From contig NC_086097.1 in NCBI RefSeq assembly GCF_963921235.1, positions 143,656,001 to 143,720,000 of the forward strand: a stretch of 64,000 bases of DNA, given 5' to 3'. The stretch comes from Mobula hypostoma. Its lineage: Eukaryota. The stretch's first letter is position 1. Each line of letters starts with the position of its first letter. Below the pieces are notes generated by a model. The model was not told the origin of the DNA and did no database searches. It was given only the letters and a program-made list of their open reading frames with translations. Shown one piece after another: positions 26,367 to 39,059 of this stretch. The position numbers were made by a program, and so were the translations under genes.

Positions 26367-28030
26367 TGGTCACCTGGACCAGATGGGCTACAGCCCAGGG
26401 TTCTGAAAGAGGTTGCTGAAGAGATTGTGGAGGCATTAGTTATGATCTTTCAAGAATTACTAGATACTGCAATGGTTCCGGAAGACTGGAAAATTGCAAA
26501 CCCTTTAAGAATGGTGGGAGGCCAAAGACAGGAAATTGTGGGTCAGTTAGACTGACTTCAATGGTTTGGAAGATTATTAACGATGAGGCTTTGGGATACG
26601 TGGAGGCACATGATAAAATAGGCCTAAGTCAGCTCAACATCTTTGAAGAAATAACAAGCGGGATAGACAAAGGAGAGAAAGTGGCCGTTGTTTACTTGGA
26701 TTTTCAGAAGGCCTTTGATAAGGTGCTGCACATTGGGCTGCTGAACAATGCAAGAGCCCATGGTTTACAGAAAAGGTACCAGCAGGGATAGAGAATCAAC
26801 TGCCTTGCAGGAGGCAAAGAGTGGGAATACAGGGTGGCTTTTCTGGTTGGCTGCCGGTGACTAGTGGTGTTTCGTGGGGGTTGGTATTGGGACCACTTCT
26901 TTATATGTTATATTTATATTTGAAAGACAGAATTGCTGGCTTTGTGGCTAAGTTTCCAGATGATACAAATGTAGGTAGAGGGACAGGTAGTGTTGAAGAA
27001 GCAGGGAGACTGCAAAAGGACTTCATCAGCTTAGGAGAATTGGTAAAGAAGTGGCAAGGTAGGGAAGTGTATGGTCATACACTTTGGTAGAAGGAATAAA
27101 GGTGTAGACTATTTTTCTAAATGGGCAGAAAATTCAGAAATCATAGGTGCAAAGGGACTTGGGAGTCTTAGTGCATGATTCCCTAAAGGTTAACATGCTG
27201 GTTCAGTCAATGATAAGGATGGCAACATCCACTGACTCTCCTTTGTCTATCCTGCATGTTATTTCCTCAAAGTATTCAAACAGATTTGTCAGGCAATGTT
27301 GGCATTCGTTTCAAGAGGACTAGAATATAAGACCAAGGATGTAATGCTGGGGCTTTATAAGGCATTGGTCAGACTGCACTTGGAGTATTGTGATCAGTTT
27401 TGGGCTCCTTCTCAAAGAAAGGATATGCTGACATTGGAGTGGGTGCAGAGGAGGTTCACGAGAATTATCCCAGGAATGAAAGGGTTAATGTATAGGGAGT
27501 GCTTGAAGGTTCTGGCCTGTATTCACTGATGTTTAAAAGAATGAGGAGGGAATTCGAAATCTATTGAATATTGAAAGTCCTACAAAGAGTGGATATGAAG
27601 AGAATGTTTTCTATAATTTTGGAGTTTAAGGCCAGAGGACACAGCCTCTGAGTAGAAGGCTGTTCAAGGTTCAAAGATTCAAGATTCAAAAAACTTTATT
27701 GTCATTCTAACCATACATCAGCTCTGCAGGGCAGAATGAGACAGCGTTTCTCAGGGGCAGGGCAAACGTTCCTTTAGTATAGAGGTGAGGAGGAACTTCT
27801 TTAGCCTGAGAGTAGTGAATCTGTGGAATTCATTGCTGTAAATGTCTATGGAGGCTAAATCATTGGGTATATTTAAGGTGGAGTTTGATAAGTTCTTGAT
27901 TAATCAGGGCATCAAAGGTTATGGAGAGAAGGCAGGAGAATGGGGTTGACAGGGATAATAAATCAGCCATGATGGATTGGTGGAGCAGACTCAATGGGCC
28001 AAATGGCCTAATTCTGCTCCAATGTCTGAT
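26367..28030 (+). mobile_element. CR1 LINE, RT through 3' UTR, with two small internal insertions
   Basis: SPGPDGLQPRVLKEVAEEIVEAL, VYLDFQKAFDKV, LYKALVRLHLEYC; insertions at ~27226-27291 and ~27661-27765. Confidence 0.9.
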
Positions 28031-28399
28031 CATCATGACTTTTTGTGCAATTTTTTTTTCCTTTATCTTTGTTTCCTATTCTAGGATGAAAGTGTAAAAT
28101 TGCCTCACATGAAAATATGTAGGAATCACATAGGAACATGTTGGCAAACACTGTAGATGCAAAGAAGTGCTGCAATGTGATTATCATTAACTCTTGAACA
28201 CAAGCTCATTCCATTAATGTCTTTCCCAGCTTTGCAAACTATTCAGCCACACTCATGAATTTAGCTGACTGCTGTTCTTCTGTTTTCTCAGATATTGGAT
28301 CTCTTCGCCCAGTTCACCCTATTGATTTTGTATCATTTAGAGCAATTGCAAGTTATACTGAATGCTCAGTGATTGCCAAGTGTGTGTAAGATCAATATA

Positions 28400-29630
28400 A
28401 GAGGCCTCATTTGGAGTTCTGTGTGCAGTTCTGGATACCTACCTACAGGACAGTTATCAATAAGATTGAAAGAGTGCAGATAAAATTTACAAGTATATTG
28501 TCAGGATTTGAGGACCTGAGTTATAGGTAAAGGTTGAATAGGTTAGTTCTTTATTCCATGGAGTGTAGGAGAATGAGTGGAGATTTGATAGAGGTATACA
28601 AAACTATGAGGAATGTAGATAGAACACATGTAAGTAGGCTTTTTCAACTGAGGTCTGGTGTGACTTGAACTAGAGGTCATATGTTAAGCGTGAAAGGTGA
28701 AATGTTTAAGGGAAACCTCAGGAGGAATGTCTTCGCCCAGAGGATGATGAGAGTATGGAAGGAGCTACCAGGGGAAGTGATGGATGAGGGTTCAATTTCA
28801 ACATTTAAAAGAAATTTGGATATGTACTGTACATGGGTGGGAGAGGTATGGAGAGCTATAGTTCAGGTGTGGAATCACTTTAAATTCCTGTGTGGTATTA
28901 TCTCAGAGGACCTGTCCTGGACCCATCATATAAATATAATTGCGAAGAGAGAACGACAGCACCTCCACCTCCTCAGTAGTCCGTGGAGGTTTGGCATGTC
29001 ATTTGCAACCTTGGCAAACCTCTATAGATGTGTGGTGGAAGTATGATGACCGGCTGCGTTGCAGCCTGGGTTGGAAACACCAATACCTTTGAGCGGGAAA
29101 TCCTACAAGAGACATGGATTCATCCAGGACATCATAGGTAAAACCCTCCCAACCATTGAGCAAATCTGCATAGAAAAGCAGCATCGATCATCAAAGTTCC
29201 TCACCACCCAGGCCATGCTCTTATCTCGCTGCTGCCGTCAGGTAGGAGGTACAAGTGCCTCAGGACTTGCTCCACCAGCTTTAAGGACAGTTGCTACCTC
29301 TCAATCATCAGTCTCTTGAACAAAAGCCAATAACTACACTCATTTAAGGAGTCTTTTATCTTGTTATTTCATGCTCGTTATTTATTTATATCTGCACTGA
29401 CACAGTTTGCTGCACTGATCCTGTTCACAGTTACTGTTTTATAGATTTGCTAAGTATACCCACAGAGAAAGAATCTCGGGATTCTATGTGGAGACATGTA
29501 AGTATTTTGATAATATTATTTTACCTTGAACTTTAGAACTTTGAACTTTGATAAGACTAGGCATAACAATCATTTGGCATGGACTGGATGAGCCAAAGGA
29601 CCTGTTTCTGTACTGTGGTGTTCTCTGACA
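28400..29630 (+). mobile_element. CR1 3' region interrupted by a Rex1/Babar fragment (~28875-29550)
   Basis: CR1 part GNLRRNVFAQRMMRVWKELP switches to Rex1-type FKFLCGIISEDLSWTHHIN; (TTGAACT)-type tail at 29525-29550; the CR1 tail resumes afterwards. Confidence 0.8.
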
Positions 29631-31594
29631 CCGACTTAAAATCCTGTTTTGTCCAGTGACAAAATAGACGTAAATCAGCGATTAGATTGCTGGCTCAGAC
29701 CCACTGTGAAATATTAATAGAGCAGTCATGGAATTATGTGACAACAGAAGTGGCATTTTTGATAAGATATTAAACTCTTATTTCCCTGTTGAATTTTGAG
29801 ATAAATTTATTAATAAGGATCGTATCTACTGTCAGGCAATGCAGACATTTGCTTCCATAAAAAAGATCAGCAGACCTCTTCTGGAAGGGTTGGCACTTGC
29901 ATTTTTAATGCTCCCTTTGATCTTTCACCATCCAGTATGGAGTTTAAAGTTACATCATAATTACTACTGAAAACATTTACACAATGAGTCTTCTTTCTCT
30001 TACAAACAACTGAATGAGAGTGAAAAACTGCACCCAGCTTACTTAAAGACATAGAAGTACTTTGCTTCTGTTACAGCTGATGCTTTGAAGCATATGAGTA
30101 CAGTGTGTTTGCCCATCCATTATCATTGATTAGCTCAAAGGCAGTTTGTCTATCAGCGGCATAATTGACACAGAATTATATCAGGTGTGGTCACTTTCAC
30201 CAGTAACGATTGGAATTGTGAAGTGAGGTTTTCATTATGAAGACTGGATCTCATCCTGAGTTAGGACGATTGGATCAAGCAATAACATTCTATGCCTGAC
30301 TCCATTCCCAGAACAATAAAACTGATTGAAGGAGAGCAGGTTAGTACTAAGTAAAAACTTTCCACATGTGGCTCTTCCGGGAGTCTGACATCCAGCTTGA
30401 GGTAGTTTTTCAGAGGCTTACAGATGGAACCTAGTTCCCAGTGATTCCCATGAATCACTGACTTCCCAAAATAAGAACCTAATTTCCCTACGCTGATTTC
30501 AATTCATGTTGACATCATACCTTTGGCTACAGTCGAAGAACTGAATGAAAACAAATAAGTCAAGAACGTACTGTGTGTCAAGAACAGGTTTGAAGTGCTC
30601 CAGTATTAACAATCCCGTTGGGAATGGGCCTCGTTTTTCTGTTGGAGATGTCTTCTCTATTCCATTTAGCAGAACACCACTTTGCAGTTTTTCATCTGCT
30701 TTCTTACTTTTGTAACAATCCACTAATTATTATACATAGCCAAACTTTTAAGTTTAAGTTTATTCCATCTTAAAGCAGACTTAACCTTGAACTTCCAATG
30801 TTCCTAAGCTGACAGCTGACATGGAGAGTGGTTCCAGATTTTCACTTGCCTTTGCATGGAAGTCCCATTTCCTCAATTCACTCTTGAGTGACCTAGTTCT
30901 AATTCTACAATTGGATCCTTTCCTTCCACCAGAAGAAGTGACTTTTCTGTCATCATCCCAGCGATATAGATTGCTCTTTCATCTTTCTGACTGGAACAGA
31001 TTTAGGAGGACTAGAAAGGGTATGAATTGTAAACTAAAGTTGAATTCTGATGGGATCTCCGGTCTTTAGGCTGTTGGCAGAGAATTACAGCAGTTTTCTT
31101 TGTCCAATAGTTTTAATGTGTTAGAATCAGGGCACCATATCATAACAAGGGCTCTTCTAGTATCTACACTAGCCGCATGAAAAATCTAGTAAATTAGCAT
31201 TTTTGAAATCTGTTTGGGTAAAGTTAAAATCAATCAGCGATCATTGAGTTTACAAAGTGAAAGCATCCACTTCTGTGACGATGATGTTATTGTATGACAC
31301 TGCTTGTTTCTAGGAACAACATGACAATGCTGCTTCGCTTTGATATATTTGCATGTGAGTGCCATACACAAGTACACCAGGTGTCAATAGGCATGCATGA
31401 TGTTAGTATGTAAAAAAGTATGCACCCATGTTCAATAATCTAGAGAATATCAGATGTAATACTAACTGACAGCAGAGATTTTCCTCACATGCTACCTCTA
31501 AATATAGTGCAATGGACCACAAGGGTTGACACTAAAACCAACATATTTTGGCCCTGAAAAACAATCCTGGTTTGAAGAAAAGCTTTAAACCTTA

Positions 31595-31851
31595 AAGATT
31601 AGATTAACTTTATTTGTCACATGTATATTGAAACATCAAAACAGGTGTTGCCTCACTTCTGGCACCAACATAGCTCGGCCCACAGCTCACTAACCCGAAG
31701 TGTACGTCTTTAGAACATGGGAGGACACTGTAGCAACCGGAGGAAACCCACACAGTCACAGGGAGAACATACAAATTGCTTACAGGCAGCGACGGGAATT
31801 GAACCCTGATCACTGATACTTTATACTGATTGTGTTAACCACTACGCTACC
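31595..31851 (-). mobile_element. tRNA-derived V-domain SINE
   Basis: A/B boxes gtagcgtagtgg and ggttcaattcc; V-domain tgtatgttctccctgtgactgtgtgggtttcctccgg. Confidence 0.8.
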
Positions 31852-33112
31852 AGGCTATTACAATTTCAAATGAGCGTTGCAAGTCAACATTATTGACCAA
31901 GGAATTCCAAACTTCATTCAAGAGAGAAAGAGCACCTGTGTTTCTCTTGGGTATTAAAAGCTTCCCTGACTACAATGTGTGTCAGTAGACTTATACTGGC
32001 AGGAGCAGTGGGAAACAAATGAGGACAGTAAGCATGGAGAATAATCCTGACAAAAAGACACTTAAACACTGCGTAGTGTAACACAAACTTGAAGATCAGC
32101 ATCGCAAATTACATTGGGGCACATTGCAGCCTTCTGAACTCAAGATCAATTCTCTAACATTAGGTAGTTCACTTTCTCCGGGGGTATCAGGAATGGCCTT
32201 TTCTGTTATGAGTTTTCCTTCTGTAATTTTAGCTCAGTTTTACTCCCTCCATCAATACAGCCTGATCTGCTGGGCATGTCCCCAGCTACAGCATCAGCAA
32301 AAGATAACGGACACAAACAAGCGAAATCACCTGATAACCTGTTTGACCTGGCCTCACTCCGTTGCACGTATTTCTTTTGTCCTATCCATCTCTTGTTCCA
32401 TATTCTGCACAATATAAACTAACTTGCTTTTTACGGAAAGCATAAATTATGATGACATTTTTCCTAAGTTGGCTTAAATGCTCTCGGGTATATGAGGTGA
32501 ATTATTTGATTCAGGCTCTTAAATAATTAAAGAATTTGATGGGGTAGATATAGAAAAAAAAGCATCTTCTCCAATGAAACACAAAACAGGAAACATTTAA
32601 AAGTGAGACTTAGGCCTCCAAGACAAAATCTCAGGGAGAAATCAGGGAATCCTAGCCCTCACCCTCTCCCACTCTTGATAATATAAATAATGAATAAGTG
32701 AGCATCGACTGTTTATTTTTTCCATAGATGGCTGCCTGGCCTGCTGAGTTCCTCCAGCATTTTGTGTGCAATGAATAAGTGGAGTTGGACTAGGTTAATG
32801 AAGGCATGGGCCACTTCAAAATGTCAAGGTCCAGCAACACTGAATCTCCAGTAATGAGACCGATAAACACAAGAGGGATTATTTTCCCACTGCCCACAAA
32901 CTAACACCCTAACCCACAAATGTTAGCAGAAATCCAAAATTATGCAATTCTGCTTCAAGGGAAGGATAGATGCTTCTGTAGATGTATTCAAGGACAAGGT
33001 TATTAGATTTTATTACCTGAGGGTATCAATGAAAAAGATGAGCAAGCAGGATTAAAATGCCAGTATCCAATTTAGGGTAGAACAGGTTCAAATGGGGTAA
33101 AACACAACTCAG

Positions 33113-33711
33113 TAGACAATAGACAATAGGTGCAGGAGTAGGCCAATCGGCCCTTCGAGCCAGCACCGCCATTCACCGTGATCATGGCTGATCATCCACA
33201 ATCAGTATCCAGTTCCTGCCTTATCCCCATAACCTTTGATTCCGCTATCTTTAAGAGCTCTATCTATCTCTTTCTTGAAAGCATCCAGAGACTTGGCCTC
33301 CACAGCCTTCTGGGGCAGAGCATTCCATACATCCACCACTCTCTGGGTGAAAAAGTTTTTCCTCAACTCCATTCTAAATGGCCTACCCCTTATTCTTAAA
33401 CTGTGGCCTCTGGTTCTGGACTCACCCATCAGCGGGAACATGCTTCCTGTCTCCAGCGTGTCCAATCCCTTAATGATCTTATATGTTTCAATAAGATCCC
33501 CTCTCTGCCTTCTAAATTCCAGAGTATACCAGCCCAGTCGCTCCAATCTTTCGACATATGACAGACCCGCCATCCTGGGAATTAACCTTGTGAACCTACG
33601 CTGCACTCCCTCAATAGCAAGAATGTCCTTCCTCAAATTTGGAGACCAAATCTGCACACAGTACTCCAGGTGTGGTCTCACCAGGGCCCTGTACAGCTGC
33701 CGAAGGACCTC
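33113..33711 (-). mobile_element. Young 5'-truncated CR1 LINE (same family as 8705-9369)
   Basis: Uninterrupted 159-aa ORF2 C-terminus (33202-33681); TATTGTC tail. Confidence 0.93.
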
Positions 33712-34494
33712 AATCCCAATTACACACAGTATACCAGTGGCAATGAAGTTTGAATGAAGTACAGTCTGTCACACAGACCAATTTTACTTCAAAGTTTAAG
33801 GCTCTGTTGTCACAACAGAGAAAGGAAACCATAAATTTTGTTTGTAACAAGTTAGTGATCTAGCTATCCTGGGAATACTGATAAGAGATCTTCCAGGGAG
33901 CATGCTGCCAGCCTGTCCCTGAGCTTAACTGTAGATGGGGAAGCAGTATAAGTTGTCCTCTTACATTCCTGCTGTAATCATTCTTAATGCTGTGCTGTGG
34001 AGTGATATCTGTCACCGCATGTTTGAGCTTCACTTCGATATCCTACCACCTCGACGAGATCTAGTCTAATTCAAAGACTCATGTTCGTGATGAGAGCCCA
34101 GGGCACCGCCTGCTTTCTCTCAACCAGTCTCTGCCAGAGTAGGGAGATGCCAAATGTAATTTATTTCCAAAGCAATTATGTTTCCAGTGGGACATACTGG
34201 CGTCAGGGCTGATCAGTAAGTCAGAATGACAATCTATCAAATTGTGCTGAATTTTCAAAGATTCGGTTTCAACAGAAACCGAAAAAAATCTACGCCTACA
34301 AAACTTCAGTAATTAAGAGCCAGAAAAGGAGGGGATGCCTTCCATTAGTTCTCCTGAGGAGTACGCTGTCTAATCATTACTCCAGGTCACATAGAGAATG
34401 GCCTCCTGCAATGTTTGTCTTTCCCTATGCTTCCAATTAACCACCTATCGTCAAGGCATAAACAGAAATAAGGCGACTTTGAATTAGCCTTTCA

Positions 34495-35320
34495 CATTAA
34501 TACTGTTGTAGGCTGGATCAGAGGTGGTGACAAATGGTCATATTGAAAACCTAATTGAATGGCGCCACAACAACCTCACACTCACCATCAGCAAAACCAA
34601 AGAGCTGATTATTGATTGTAGGAGGAAGAAACCAGAGGTCCATGAGCCAGATCTCATTAGGGGTTCAGAGATGGTGAGACTCCGTAACGTTAAATTCCTT
34701 GGCATGATCATTTTGGAGGATCTCTCCTGGGATCATAATGTAAATGTCATTACAAAGAAGGCATGGCAGTGTCCCTAATATCTTAGATGTTTGCGCAGAT
34801 TTGGCGTGTAATCTGAAACGTCGACAAACTTCTATAGATGTGTAGTGGTTGCATCATGGCCTAATATGGAAAAGCCCACAAAAAGTACTGGTTACAGTGA
34901 AGTCCATCAGGAAATTCCCCACTCACCACTGATCATATCTACAAGGAGTACTGCCACAAGAAAGCGGCATCTATCGTCAACGGCCACCACCATCCAGGTC
35001 ATCTTGCTGCTGCCATCCGGAAGGACGTCAGGAGCTTTAGATTCCACACGACCAAGTTCAGGAACCTAACCTGGTTCAACGCTTCAACTATTAGGTTCCT
35101 GAACCAGTGTGGGTAGCTTCACTCACCTCAAACTTGCATTTGTACATTTGTCTTCTTTTGCACATTGATCGTCTGTCAGTCTTTGCACGTAGTTTTTCAT
35201 TGAAACTACTGTATTTCTTTATTTTACTGTGAATGCCTGCAAGAAAATGAACCTCAGGGTAGTGTACAGTGGCATATACATACCTTGATAATAAATTTAT
35301 TTTGAACTTTGAACTTTGAA
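34495..35320 (+). mobile_element. Rex1/Babar LINE 3' fragment
   Basis: LTISKTKELIIDCRRKKP...VKFLGMIILEDLSWD; tail aataaatttattttgaactttgaactttgaa. Confidence 0.85.
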
Positions 35321-37268
35321 CACATCAACAGCCATTATTTAGTTTCAGAATTGGTTCGGTACAAAATAAAACATTCTTTAGTCTATGCTATCAAATACTT
35401 AACATGGGAAAAGTACAAGAGGAATTATTATCAACAGTCAGTACACCACATCCTTTGATTCAATGAACCTGTCTGAGCTACATTATGTCCACTCTGCTGA
35501 TGTCATAATGTGAAGTAAGATATACGCCACCATAATAATTAACATGACAGCAAGGTGTTAATTAGCACACCAAAAATTAATTCATAGGCTGCTTTAGAAC
35601 TTGTTCTCAGAAAATGTCAAGTCATCGTGAATTAGTTTCGTTTGTAGAATAAAATGTTTTACATAAGAAAAGGACTAGAGTCAACTTGTAAAGTTATAAA
35701 TTGAAGGCATATTTCCATTAGTAATAATTTACCTTGTCTAGATATATATAATTGGAATGAAGCCACAGAATTTGTGCACTTTTTATGACTGCAAGACATC
35801 CCAAAACGTCCCACAGATAATGAAGAAATTTTGAGGTTGTAGTGGGAAATTAAAGTTGTGTAATTTTGTCCAGGGAAATGAGTGTCAGATAAGAGATAAA
35901 TGTTGCCTGGGACACCACTTACTCCCCCACAGACTGGCGCTATGAATTTCTACAGCCCCAAACAAATTCACAGATTCCTGTTAAAACTGAACCTCATATT
36001 CCCAAACTCAACAGAAGCCTTTCATCTTTGGGGAGGCAAAGAAGACAATAGAAAATGCTGTCAGTTCCGGGTGTGAAAAGGTGAAAGGGTGATAAGTGGA
36101 AAGGGTTATGTTGGGCACCGGTGCGACAATGAATGTATTTTAATTTGTTGCAAAGTTCAAAGTTCAAGTCCAAAGTAAATTTATTATTAAAGTACGTATA
36201 TGTCACCATATACTACCTTGAGATTCATTTTCTTGCAGACATTCACAGTAAAAAACAAAGAACTACAACACAATCATGAAAAATTGCACACAAAGACTGA
36301 CAACAATCAATGTCAAAAAGTGTAAACACAAAAAAAATTAATAAATAAAGTTCAGTGTTTTATTGAAGTGTGGATGTTACAGTTACAGCTGATTTTGCCA
36401 AATGGCCATAGACAAGAGTGCAAGAAATAGACTGCAATAGATAGGATTTCTTTGACTGGATCAAATTAAATTTAGGAAGCTGAGTTTACTCAATATTATG
36501 AGTTATAATATTTGCCCTGAGGTGCTTTATCATAATTTACATGTTAATTATTTGTATAAGGGCCATCATTAATAAAGCTGCTCAAACTCATGTAAATGTA
36601 CTTACTCATTAAGACATCTATATAATAATGACATAATTCTATAAATCAGTCCCCTTTGTTTTCATAATTTAGAGTGTGTGATTTAGAATCAAAGGGGAGA
36701 ATGCTGCATTAGGGTGTACAATTGTTATTTTTCTTATATTGTCTTTGTAGTTTATCCTTGCTATGTTTGTATTTTTATATAATCACCTATACATATACAC
36801 ACACACACGTAATTGTTTAGTGAGTTTTTCAGCAATTACAGTGCAGTTGCTTCTGTATTTTTGAAGTTTTTAGTTTTTTTTGTTTTCTGTAGTAGATGTC
36901 ACACCGCTTAAATCTGGCTATTTTATAGGTTAATGATTATCACTGGAATTTGGTTATCTCTGGCCTGAGTATCAGATACCCACGGCTGCCTTTTTCCTTT
37001 TTTCTTTTCTTTGTTCTCTCAGTTTTTTCTTTGTTCTTTTAACAGTTAATAAAATGGCCATAAGCAACATGTTTTATGTCTCATTCTCAACTTGCAAAGA
37101 ACCTCTGGACTACACAATCACCAGGATCCCGCACCCCTCTTTTAAATATGTCAATGGGTTTGAGGTTCTGGGATACAGCAAATTTACTAACAGATAAAAG
37201 GAAAACAGGAAAACCATAGCACTGGCCATATCTGGAATTACACATACTGACTTGTTGCACTAACTTAC

Positions 37269-37383
37269 TCACGGCCAAGATGAATATGGAGAAGACACCG
37301 ACCACTTGCCAAAGTCGCAGGCCCCAGAAAACCACGGTCTCTGATGTCACAGGGTCTGGCTTTTTTGGAGGAATTGTAGTAGA
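37269..37383 (-). CDS. tmie: TMIE coding exon (equivalent to human exon 2): ectodomain stalk plus transmembrane helix
   Basis: 115 nt. Acceptor ttcatctttcctag|TCT (phase 0), donor GTG A|gtaagt (phase 1). Encodes [38 protein letters not shown], matching recalled human TMIE ...[25 protein letters not shown]. Confidence 0.93.
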
Positions 37384-38614
37384 CTAGGAAAGATGAAGAA
37401 TATCACTGGTTACTATGCAGTTTTGAATACATTCATTTTTCACTACGAAATGTAGAAGGCCTGCAAATGCATTCACTTAGCAGGAAACAATGTCAACTTT
37501 ACAGCAACGTGGGAATGGATGTGGAAATATGAATCTACAGTACAATTCATTGGATGGATTCTGCATACTATTAATTGAGGGGCTGATCTACATCACAAAT
37601 GAACTTACCCATTAACTTCCATACTTCTTGACAGCTACCCTTTAAAGCAATGCTTTCTAGAGTGAAAATGTAAAATCTCACTGCTACAATTCTTTCCATT
37701 ACCCACTCCTTTAATGCAATGGTCCTTAAATCTGTATATTGTAGTTTGCATTCTACCACTGAGATTACTTGTTCATTATTTACTTCATTTTGAAACCATT
37801 CAGAATTCTGAATAACTGTATGAAGTTTAATTTTAATTTTTATTCTGAGGGAAACAGTCCTAGCTTTTGCACTCTCTCTCCATAGCTGAAGCCTTTCATC
37901 CTTAGTACCCTCAGTACCATATGAACAAGTCTCTCCTGCTTTAACTGAGGTCTAACACATTATTTACAAAGAGCTGGCAAAAGTTTGCTTTAGTACTCAT
38001 TTCCTCCGTTATTATTAAATGGTTTTGAAACACCTTTTTGGCTCAACTTTCCATATACAAAGATTAGTGCACGTACACCCTGCTACCGCACCCAAATTGA
38101 AATTGTCCTCCCAATTCAATTCTCCCTTCTTCATTCTTCTAACCAAAATGTGTCACTCCTCCGTATTAAGTTTTCAGATTGCACCCTAACCATTCCATAG
38201 GTTTGTGTAACTTAACTGTTATCTTCTTCGCTGTGATGTATTCTGACTTTTGCGTTGTTAGCAGATTGCAAAATGCTGCCTTATGTGCATGTGTCCAGAT
38301 TATTAATTTACATCAAGTGGATAAATGCTTCTTTGTAACCTTACATGGCTATTGTGGGAGAGGGCTTCTTCACTGAGATCCAAAGGAAATTTGAAGAAAC
38401 AAAAGACCACTATAGAAACATAAGCAGAAAGAACGTAAATAGGTTGTAAGAAAACTAGAAGGAAACAAGGATGTTGGTGCCATAAGTTGTGATGAAAACC
38501 TGCAAAGGTGGGAATGGTTACAGCACGTGCTTCTGATCTGTACGTTTAGTAACACCAACATACAGATTATTCTGTTGTTGTATATCCACAAACTAGAGGA
38601 AAGGAGCTTCACTC

Positions 38615-39010
38615 AGTGGTAGGATCTTATGGGCACTGGGATCAGGGAGTTATTTGTGAGTGCCATCCATTGAAACACAAGAGGCAGCAAGGGTGTTGTG
38701 GTTATCCCAGTCTTGAGTCTCTTGTTTCAAGAGTCTGCTGTCAGGCATGCAAGCTTGTGAATAACGAGGACCTCAATTACGTGGGTGCTGGCTTGGCTCA
38801 TGTTGGTTTGTTTATCCCTTCAGTGCATTTGGAAGACTTTTGTGGAGGTATCACTGGTGGTTTTTTTCCCAGTGCCTTGATGTGCTTGCAGTAGGTAGTC
38901 CAAGTCTCAGAATGATATAAGAGGGCAGGGATCACTCTTGAGAGTGAACTTACTGTTAGGTCTGAGGTCTTGATCTTCAAATCCCTTTCCCTCAAATGGC
39001 CAAAAGATAT
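38615..39010 (-). mobile_element. Old RTE-like fragment
   Basis: VIPALLYHSETWTTYCKHIKAL. Confidence 0.6.
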
Positions 39011-39059
39011 GTTTGCACATGAATGGCATCATTTTAAAAAAATATCACTAATGTCTGTA

